This document shows, piece after piece, positions 26,054-32,000 of a DNA stretch of 32,000 nucleotides. The notes beneath the pieces were generated by a model. The model saw nothing but the letters and a program-made list of their open reading frames with translations, ran no database searches and was not told the DNA's origin. The stretch is from Xylanibacter ruminicola 23 (lineage in GTDB: Bacteria > Bacteroidota > Bacteroidia > Bacteroidales > Bacteroidaceae): the NCBI RefSeq assembly GCF_000025925.1, contig NC_014033.1, positions 180,001-212,000 of the forward strand, written 5' to 3'. The position numbers were made by a program, and so were the translations under genes. Every line of letters starts with the position of its first letter. The stretch's first letter is position 1.

Positions 26054-26247
26054 TTTAGGTTCAGGTGGTTTTATTTCTTGCCGAAATTACCAAATTTTTT
26101 CATAAAAATATGGCATTAGCATATTTCTTGGCATTTTTGCTCCCACACGTGGGAAATATTTTTTCCACACGAGAGCGCTATTTTTTATGCTTGTAAAGGT
26201 TATACTGTATACGATTTGTGTAACGAATAATGTAAAATATTATGAAC

Positions 26248-26255
26248 TATCTTTG
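26248..26255 (+). promoter_or_regulatory. -7 box TATCTTTG positioned to start transcription at about 26261-26263, the edge of inverted-repeat arm A
   Basis: Exact TAnnTTTG match. There is no good -33 TTTG at 19-21 nt (the nearest is at 26215-26218, 29 nt away). No CDS follows for about 500 nt. Confidence 0.4.
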
Positions 26256-26421
26256 TATTTGTGCGGATACAGAAATACAGAATACAGTTTTGTTGTGAGC
26301 ATTGTCAATCCAAAAATTCAGTAATTCAGAATTCAGTTTTCTCATGAGCACAAAGATGACTCAGATATCAGATATCAGTTTATTTGGCTAAGCATTTGTA
26401 ACTTTAAATATACTCTATTAG

Positions 26422-26473
26422 AATATTATATATTATTATATATATTATAATATATATAATAATATATAATATT
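26422..26473. repeat. Perfect 52-bp palindrome composed only of A and T
   Basis: Position i pairs with position 26895-i for every base from 26422 to 26473, with the symmetry centre between 26447 and 26448. It breaks at 26421 (G) versus 26474 (T). Confidence 0.95.
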
Positions 26474-26593
26474 TATAAGATTGATAATTAGAGAGTGAAG
26501 CGATAGTTGTATTAGCTCACAAGAAAACTGATATCTGATATCTGAGTCACACACAGATTATCCCTCTCCAAATAACCTGTATTCTGTATTCTG

Positions 26594-26623
26594 TATCCAC
26601 TGATGTTTCTTTATCAGTGGATA
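26594..26623. other. Hairpin with an 11-bp stem and 8-nt loop, overlapping the end of arm A'
   Basis: TATCCACTGAT (26594-26604) pairs with ATCAGTGGATA (26613-26623) across the loop GTTTCTTT. Confidence 0.8.
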
Positions 26624-26720
26624 TATAGCTTCCTAAAAAACTGAATTACTGAATTCTGAATTTTCTCGCTCAGTTTAGATAAGTTGGTGGTATGGTGTTG
26701 CTAATAAAAAAACGAAAAAA

Positions 26721-26752
26721 TTTGTTTTTTCGCTTACTTATTCGTACCTTTG
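26721..26752 (+). promoter_or_regulatory. Promoter TTTG-N20-TACCTTTG for trmB
   Basis: TTTG at 26721-26724 and TACCTTTG at 26745-26752, 16 nt before the ATG at 26769. Confidence 0.6.
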
Positions 26753-26768
26753 CAGCACAATTTTGATT

Positions 26769-27539
26769 ATGGGAAAAGGAAAGTTAGCTAAATTTGCGGA
26801 CATGGAAACGTACGAGAACGTATTCCAGTATCCGTTTTCGGTGATTGAGAATGTGCCATTCGAGATGAAGGGGCACTGGCACGAGCAGTACTTCCACAAT
26901 AATAACCCGATAGTGCTGGAACTTGGTTGCGGTAAGGGAGAATACACAGTGGAACTGGCCAAACTGTATCCCGACATGAACTTTATTGGCGTGGATATCA
27001 AAGGTGCACGTATGTGGACTGGTGCTACACAGGCCCTGAACGAGGGACTGAAGAATGTGGCTTTTCTGCGTACGAATATTGAAATAATTGAACGTTTTTT
27101 TGCAGAGGACGAGGTGCAGGAAATCTGGCTCACATTCAGCGATCCGCAGATGAAGAATCCTCGTAAGCGATTGACATCCACCTATTTTATGAACCGCTAT
27201 CGTAAATTTCTGGTGGATGGCGGCGTGATACACCTGAAGACTGATTCGAACTTCCTCTTTACTTATAGTACCTATATGGTAGAGAAGAATGCGCTGCCCG
27301 TAATTTTCCGTACAGAGGATTTGTATCACGATGAGCGTATCGACGAGGGTACGAAGAAGATTCTGGCTATTCAGACTTATTACGAGGGTATGTGGATTGC
27401 CCGCGGACTGAATATTAAATATATGAAGTGGAATCTGCCTCGCAACGGCGAGCTGGTTGAACCCGAGGTGGAGATTGAACTGGACGACTATCGCTCGTAT
27501 CACAGATCAAAAAGAAGTTCATTAGATAAGGCGAAATAA
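26769..27539 (+). CDS. trmB: tRNA (guanine(46)-N7)-methyltransferase
   Basis: SAM-binding [15 protein letters not shown] and the FIGVDIKG and SDPQ motifs. ATG at 26769 (TTG at 26763 in the track). Confidence 0.9.
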   Translation: MGKGKLAKFADMETYENVFQYPFSVIENVPFEMKGHWHEQYFHNNNPIVLELGCGKGEYTVELAKLYPDMNFIGVDIKGARMWTGATQALNEGLKNVAFLRTNIEIIERFFAEDEVQEIWLTFSDPQMKNPRKRLTSTYFMNRYRKFLVDGGVIHLKTDSNFLFTYSTYMVEKNALPVIFRTEDLYHDERIDEGTKKILAIQTYYEGMWIARGLNIKYMKWNLPRNGELVEPEVEIELDDYRSYHRSKRSSLDKAK

Positions 27540-28666
27540 TGGAAAATGTAATATACCCCAAGATGGTGATGGATGCCTTGGCTACGGTAACGTATGCAGG
27601 CACCAAGAAGAATGTGGTGGAGAGTGGTATGGTGGCTGATACACCTGCTGTGGCTGCTCCACAGAAGGATGGTGAGAACTGGAAAGTAAAGGTGGTGCTG
27701 GAGTTTCCACGCGATACCGATCCTTTCCTGAAATCAACTGTAAAAGCTGCCGAGGCGGCTATCAAATACCACTGCGGCAAGGAGGTGGAGGTAGAGATTG
27801 AAACAGAATTCAAGTCGAAACCACGTCCAGAGGTAGGCGAGATGCTGCCTGGCGTCAAGAATATTATTGCCGTTAGCTCGGGTAAGGGTGGTGTAGGTAA
27901 AAGCACCGTATCGGCTAACCTGGCTATCGCTTTGGCCCGTTTGGGTTACAAGGTGGGATTGCTTGATACCGATATCTTCGGTCCGTCAATGCCTAAGATG
28001 TTTAATGTTGAGGATGAACAGCCTTACGCTGTAAAGAAAGACGGTCGCGATTTGATTTGTCCCATCGAGAAGTACGGTGTTAAACTGCTGTCGATTGGTT
28101 TCTTTGTATCGCCAAACACTGCTACTCTGTGGCGTGGCGGTATGGCTACAAGTGCGCTGAAGCAGCTGATTGCTGATGCCGATTGGGGCGAACTCGACTA
28201 TTTTATCCTGGATACACCTCCAGGCACCAGCGATATCCATCTTACATTGCTGCAAACACTGCCTATTACAGGCGCGGTGATTGTGTCAACCCCACAGCAG
28301 GTGGCTTTGGCTGATGCACGTAAGGGTATCGATATGTACCGCAACGAGAAGGTGAACGTGCCCATTCTCGGTTTGATTGAGAATATGGCCTGGTTTACAC
28401 CCGCAGAGCTGCCCGAGAACAAGTATTATATATTTGGTAAGGAGGGTTGCAAGCAGTTGGCCGAGGAGATGCAGGTGCCTTTGCTGGCACAGATACCACT
28501 AGTACAGAGCATCTGCGACAATGGTGACAAGGGTACGCCCGCTGCTCTCACCAGCGAAACGGCTACCGGTCTGGCATTCATCAATCTGGCACAATCGGTT
28601 GTTACCGTTGTGAACAGGAGAAACAAAGAAAAGCCTGCCACGAAAATTGTAGGTATGCATAAATAA
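27539..28666 (+). CDS. apbC: Mrp/NBP35 (ApbC) family Fe-S cluster carrier ATPase
   Basis: N-terminal DUF59-like domain, deviant Walker A SGKGGVGKST and an MinD-like fold. Its start shares 1 nt with the trmB stop (TAATG). Confidence 0.92.
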   Translation: MENVIYPKMVMDALATVTYAGTKKNVVESGMVADTPAVAAPQKDGENWKVKVVLEFPRDTDPFLKSTVKAAEAAIKYHCGKEVEVEIETEFKSKPRPEVGEMLPGVKNIIAVSSGKGGVGKSTVSANLAIALARLGYKVGLLDTDIFGPSMPKMFNVEDEQPYAVKKDGRDLICPIEKYGVKLLSIGFFVSPNTATLWRGGMATSALKQLIADADWGELDYFILDTPPGTSDIHLTLLQTLPITGAVIVSTPQQVALADARKGIDMYRNEKVNVPILGLIENMAWFTPAELPENKYYIFGKEGCKQLAEEMQVPLLAQIPLVQSICDNGDKGTPAALTSETATGLAFINLAQSVVTVVNRRNKEKPATKIVGMHK

Positions 28667-28670
28667 AAAT

Positions 28671-28698
28671 AAAGCCCACTCGATGTTGAGTGGGCTTT
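28671..28698. terminator. Bidirectional intrinsic terminator between the convergent apbC and DUF805 genes
   Basis: AAAGCCCACTC (28671-28681) pairs with GAGTGGGCTTT (28688-28698) across a 6-nt loop, with A/T runs on both sides. Confidence 0.8.
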
Positions 28699-28703
28699 AT
28701 TAT

Positions 28704-29237
28704 TTAAGCTTCTGTCTCGCTGATATATTTGGGCGAATCGCCGTACTGGTTGGCGGTTGGCTTGCTATCGAACAGACACATGATGATTACAATGAGTGCC
28801 GCAATGCCATGGATGGTGGACAGAAAACCAACGGAGGCAATCTCGCCTAAGTTGTTTTCTACAATCTTCTCTATGGCATGCTGGCTGGAAGAAATGTAGC
28901 TTGATTCTTCTATCAGCATGTTCATGCTTTTGGATGTGGCCACATGGAGATTGGCTACACAGCCTAAAGCATAGCTGACATAAACCCATAGTGCGCTCTT
29001 GCCTGAATCGTGCAGTCGACGAGCAGTTACTGCCAGACCGAAGAACATGGTGATAATCTCGATAATCACGCTAACCAGAATGTTGGAGGTGAGCAGCGTA
29101 ATCAGCCATCCCACCACGATAATTACCAGCATCCACCACCAGAATTCTGAGCGACGGCTGCGGCCTTTGAAATCCAGAATACGACTAGAGGCCAGTTTGA
29201 TTGCCTCTGCAAATCCGAGCGTAGGTAACTCTCTCAT
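28704..29237 (-). CDS. DUF805 domain-containing inner-membrane protein
   Basis: Hallmark FKGRSRRSEFWWW ... ARRLHDSGKS with 3-4 predicted TM helices. The start is placed at the internal ATG 29237 (MRELPTLGF...), because the longer track ORF to 29435 runs into ilvE. Confidence 0.8.
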   Translation of the reverse strand: MRELPTLGFAEAIKLASSRILDFKGRSRRSEFWWWMLVIIVVGWLITLLTSNILVSVIIEIITMFFGLAVTARRLHDSGKSALWVYVSYALGCVANLHVATSKSMNMLIEESSYISSSQHAIEKIVENNLGEIASVGFLSTIHGIAALIVIIMCLFDSKPTANQYGDSPKYISETEA

Positions 29238-29254
29238 ACTTTTCAAAGATCCGA

Positions 29255-30271
29255 TTAGTCGATTACTACCGTAGTCCAACCGTGCTTGTCCTCGAGTTCG
29301 CCGTACTGAATACCACGGAGCGTATCGAAGAGTTTCTTTGACTGTGGACCTGGCTTGTCGCCGAATGAGTAGCGCTTGCCGGTATCGAGGTCGTCGATAT
29401 AAGAAATAGGGCTGATAACAGCGGCTGTTCCGCAAGCGCCAGCCTCCTCAAAGGTCTCGAGCTCCTCCTCGGGGATAGGGCGGCGCTCAACCTTCATGCC
29501 CAGATCCTCAGCAACCTGCATCAAGCTCTTGTTGGTGATAGAGGGCAGGATAGAGGTCGACTCTGGTGTGATATAGGTGTTGTTCTTGATACCAAAGAAG
29601 TTGGCTGCACCGCACTCGTCGATGTACTTCTTCTCCTTTGCGTCGAGATAGAACTCGCAAGCATAGCCCTTTTCGTGAGCCAGGTTGTTGGCAAACAGGC
29701 TGGCAGCGTAGTTACCACCTACCTTATACTTACCTGTGCCGAGAGGGGCTGAACGGTCGTAATCGCGAACAATCACATAAGGATTGCTTGAGAAACCACC
29801 CTTGAAGTATGGGCCTACTGGTGTAACAAAGATGAGGAAACAGTACTCCTTAGAGGGGTGAACACCTACCTGAGCGCTGGTACCAATAAGCAGCGGACGA
29901 ATATAGAGTGTTGCGCCACTCTCATAAGTAGGAATCCACTCCTGATTCAGGCGAACCACCTTCTTAACCATCTCGGTAAACAACTCGGTTGAAACCTCTG
30001 GCATCAAAATGCCGCGACAGGTGCTCTGCAGGCGCTTGGCATTCTCGTCAACGCGGAACACACGAACCTTGCCATCGGGGCAACGATAAGCCTTAAGACC
30101 CTCGAAAGCCTCCTGACCGTAGTGCAGACAGGTTGCAGCCATGTGCAGATTCAAATACTCGTCGGAGCAAACCTCGATTTCGCCCCACTTTCCATCGCGA
30201 TAATAGCAACGTACGTTGTAGTCGGTCTTCATGTAGCCGAATGACAGACTACCCCAATCCAAATTCTTCAT
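29255..30271 (-). CDS. ilvE: Branched-chain amino acid aminotransferase (fold type IV PLP enzyme)
   Basis: 338 aa, similar across its whole length to IlvE-type transaminases (YGQEAFEGLKAYR, GTGKYKVGGNYAAS, GACGTAAV). Confidence 0.92.
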   Translation of the reverse strand: MKNLDWGSLSFGYMKTDYNVRCYYRDGKWGEIEVCSDEYLNLHMAATCLHYGQEAFEGLKAYRCPDGKVRVFRVDENAKRLQSTCRGILMPEVSTELFTEMVKKVVRLNQEWIPTYESGATLYIRPLLIGTSAQVGVHPSKEYCFLIFVTPVGPYFKGGFSSNPYVIVRDYDRSAPLGTGKYKVGGNYAASLFANNLAHEKGYACEFYLDAKEKKYIDECGAANFFGIKNNTYITPESTSILPSITNKSLMQVAEDLGMKVERRPIPEEELETFEEAGACGTAAVISPISYIDDLDTGKRYSFGDKPGPQSKKLFDTLRGIQYGELEDKHGWTTVVID

Positions 30272-30309
30272 ATTACTTTTTTCTATGTTTGAAATTTCAA
30301 ATTTGCATG

Positions 30310-30317
30310 CAAAAGTA
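30310..30317 (-). promoter_or_regulatory. -7 box TACTTTTG (minus strand) upstream of ilvE
   Basis: The reverse complement of CAAAAGTA matches TAnnTTTG, about 39 nt before the ilvE ATG at 30271. Confidence 0.45.
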
Positions 30318-30360
30318 TATAATTAATATCAAATTAGCAAAACTTTTAGCCTAAAATCTT

Positions 30361-30549
30361 TTATTCTGTAAGTATTTTCTTGATTTCGGCGTCGGTTTTG
30401 GTAAGTTTGTCCTTGCAGAGCTTGATTAACTGCTGGGCACGTTTAAGCTGCTCGGCCATCTGGTCGATGTCGAGTTCGTCGTTCTCCATCTTGTGTACGA
30501 TGGACTGTAATTCGGCTATAGCAGCCTCGTATTTCAGTTCTTTTTCCAT
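30361..30549 (-). CDS. xseB: Exodeoxyribonuclease VII small subunit
   Basis: 62-aa helical protein with the XseB pattern (YEAAIAELQSIV..ME..ELDIDQ). Lies 6 nt downstream of xseA. Confidence 0.9.
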   Translation of the reverse strand: MEKELKYEAAIAELQSIVHKMENDELDIDQMAEQLKRAQQLIKLCKDKLTKTDAEIKKILTE

Positions 30550-30555
30550 TGTATT

Positions 30556-31791
30556 TTATACGGATTTAATTACTGAGTGAATGGTACCCTTGGCTAGGCG
30601 GGTCTCGATTTCGGCGCCGGGGGGCAGCTGCGATGCGTCTTTTACGGCCCGGCCGTTATGCATAGTGATGCTGTAGCCGCGAGCCAGCAACAGGGTTGGG
30701 TCGAGGGCTTTGAGTTTCTCGTCCATCAGTTGCAGACGATGTCTCTCTGATGTGAATCGGCGCTCTATCAACATTGGCAGGCGGGTATAGAGGGCATCAA
30801 TCTTAGCCTCCTGTCGGGTTTTTACAATCGAGAACAATCGGGGGATAGCCTCGGATATAATTGACAATTGAGAATTGGCAATTGAAAATTTTTGCTGAAC
30901 GTAGTGCGTAATCATGCTCTGGGCTCCTTCGATGGTTTCGAGTACGCCCTTCAGGTGGTCGATGAGCAAGGCGGCTGCAGCTGTGGGTGTTTTTACGCGG
31001 GTGTGCGATATCATATCGAGTATGCTCTCGTCGCGCTCATGGCCGATACCTGTTATGATAGGTATTGGGAAGTTGGCCACATTTTCGGCCAAAGCCAAGG
31101 TGTCGAAACCGCTCATATCGCTGGTAGCACCACCACCACGGATAATCACTACGCAATCAAATGGCATATCGTAAATCTGCTCCAGAGCACTGATGATGCT
31201 CTGTTCAACGCCCTCGCCCTGCATGATAGCAGGAAAGAGCTGTGTCTCGAATTTAAAGCCGTAAGGGTTATCAGCCAGTTGGTTGCAGAAATCGCCGTAG
31301 CCAGCGGCTGTTTGCGATGAGATAACGGCAATACGCTGGCAGAAAACGGGTAACTGTAGTTCCTTTTGCAGGTCGAACACGCCCTCGGCCTTAAGCTTCT
31401 GGATGATTTCCTGACGCTTGCGGGCCATATCGCCTAAGGTGTAGGTGGGGTCGATGTCGGTCACGATCCACGAGAAACCGTAAGCCTCGTGAAACTGCGG
31501 GTAAACCTGTAGCAGCACTTTCATACCGGCATGCAGTTGTTGACCGGTAGTGCGCTCGAAGTAAGGACGGATGGTGAGCCACTTGTTGGCCCAGCATTTG
31601 GCTGAGGCTTTGGCGATAGGTGTGGCGGTTTGTTCATCCTTCTGAATAAGCTCCATATAACAATGACCACGTGATTCGCGGCACTCGCTGAGTTCGGCTT
31701 CTACCCAGTATTCCATGGGCAAAGCATCCTCGATAGCCTCGCGTACCAAGCGGTTAAGCTCGAATAATGTGATATGGCGCTCTGTATTCAA
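30556..31791 (-). CDS. xseA: Exodeoxyribonuclease VII large subunit (apparent TTG start)
   Basis: OB-fold N-terminus (ITLFELNRLV...YWVEAELSE), catalytic core (VISSQTAAGYGDF, IIRGGGATSDM) and a C-terminal coiled coil. The only in-frame ATG would remove 25 conserved N-terminal residues. Confidence 0.88.
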   Translation of the reverse strand: MNTERHITLFELNRLVREAIEDALPMEYWVEAELSECRESRGHCYMELIQKDEQTATPIAKASAKCWANKWLTIRPYFERTTGQQLHAGMKVLLQVYPQFHEAYGFSWIVTDIDPTYTLGDMARKRQEIIQKLKAEGVFDLQKELQLPVFCQRIAVISSQTAAGYGDFCNQLADNPYGFKFETQLFPAIMQGEGVEQSIISALEQIYDMPFDCVVIIRGGGATSDMSGFDTLALAENVANFPIPIITGIGHERDESILDMISHTRVKTPTAAAALLIDHLKGVLETIEGAQSMITHYVQQKFSIANSQLSIISEAIPRLFSIVKTRQEAKIDALYTRLPMLIERRFTSERHRLQLMDEKLKALDPTLLLARGYSITMHNGRAVKDASQLPPGAEIETRLAKGTIHSVIKSV

Positions 31792-31809
31792 CTTTTTAAT
31801 TCTTCGGTT

Positions 31810-32000
31810 TTACTTTATCTTTCCAATCATGTACGCCCGCCAGAAATTAGGGGTACCGTAGCCGTAGATATTATCGGGCTTCTGATAACTATCGCTGTTC
31901 TGGCGTACCAGATTAATGATTTCGAGAGCTGTTTTCTCGGGTAAGGCCTGCCACAAGCAAGCAACCAGTCCGGCTACGATGGGGGTTGAGAACGAGGTTC
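31810..32000 (-). CDS. S8 (subtilisin-like) serine peptidase, C-terminal 63 codons only (5' part outside the window)
   Basis: My minus-strand translation gives ..TSFSTPIVAGLVACLWQALPEKTALEIINLVRQNSDSYQKPDNIYGYGTPNFWRAYMIGKIK*. It contains the catalytic-Ser motif (G)TS-x-S-x-P and the YGYG tail. This ORF is not in the supplied track. Confidence 0.75.
   Translation of the reverse strand, partial: TSFSTPIVAGLVACLWQALPEKTALEIINLVRQNSDSYQKPDNIYGYGTPNFWRAYMIGKIK

Larger units (their letters stand above)
26265..26664. repeat. Composite non-coding inverted-repeat locus: arms A, B, C ... C', A', B' made of xCAG heptad/octad triplets
   Basis: A 26265-26287 pairs with A' 26577-26598 (22 bp plus a 1-nt bulge). 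B 26312-26340 pairs with B' 26635-26664 (about 27 bp, two 1-nt bulges). C 26357-26381 pairs with C' 26525-26549 (25 bp, perfect). No ORF of 60 aa or more lies on either strand between 26054 and 26737. Confidence 0.9.

Noticed and set aside
26382-26524. Classical Bacteroides-type invertible promoter between the perfect 25-bp C/C' repeats
   Set aside because: The 143-bp segment has no good TAnnTTTG box on either strand (the best is TAACTTTA at 26399-26406). No recombinase gene is nearby, and the flanking genes are housekeeping. The idea is kept only as a minor alternative under the main finding.
26054-26768. Known housekeeping structured RNAs (RNase P RNA, tmRNA, 6S, SRP RNA, riboswitch) in the long spacer
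   Set aside because: None of the signatures I can recognise by eye is present. These include the GAGGAAAGUCC-type RNase P core, a tmRNA tag ORF with a tRNA-like end, and the SRP GGAA tetraloop domain. The spacer is dominated instead by repeat-built arms. Only a covariance-model search could exclude these RNAs rigorously.
26784-27503. 239-aa minus-strand ORF covering almost all of trmB (also 26738-27181 minus)
   Set aside because: The plus-strand frame carries the canonical TrmB SAM-binding motifs and has a consensus promoter. The antisense frame has no recognisable features.

Overview
This is a chromosomal segment from a Bacteroidota genome, probably Prevotella/Segatella-like. That assignment rests on a SusC/SusD pair, TTTG-N19-21-TAnnTTTG promoter boxes, A-rich leaders without Shine-Dalgarno sequences, and DUF1573 and alpha-2-macroglobulin genes. 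Layout: (i) 1-5962 is the right-hand part of an integrated phage- or satellite-like element. It holds six small co-oriented orphan ORFs, an 825-aa primase-helicase and an M15A cell-wall peptidase, plus two promoter-proximal arrays of CGGA-containing direct repeats. (ii) 6024-13604 is a GH94 phosphorylase divergent from a SusC/SusD pair. (iii) 13561-16837 (minus strand) holds a HI0933/YhiN-type flavoprotein and an ADP-forming acetate--CoA ligase. (iv) 16952-26053 is a plus-strand gene string: a 1766-aa alpha-2-macroglobulin-like protein without a thioester motif, a DUF1573 protein, meaB, ispH and a B3/B4-domain protein. (v) 26054-26768 is an unusually long, ORF-free spacer. (vi) 26769-32000 holds trmB and mrp/apbC, then on the minus strand DUF805, ilvE, xseB, xseA and the 3' end of an S8 peptidase gene. 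Two signals are not explained by gene annotation. The first is the roughly 400-bp locus at 26265-26664. It has three long inverted-repeat pairs built from tandem xCAG heptads/octads, arranged in an interleaved order (A B C .. C' A' B') around a perfect 52-bp A/T-only palindrome, with a promoter box placed just upstream. The second is a family of tandem 7-8-nt repeat arrays (AATGTTY/AACATT, AATAGTT and TCAATTG types). These sit exactly at stop/start junctions of co-directional genes, occur in both orientations, and also appear in frame inside two or three CDSs. All functional readings of these two signals are inference and need comparative or transcript data.
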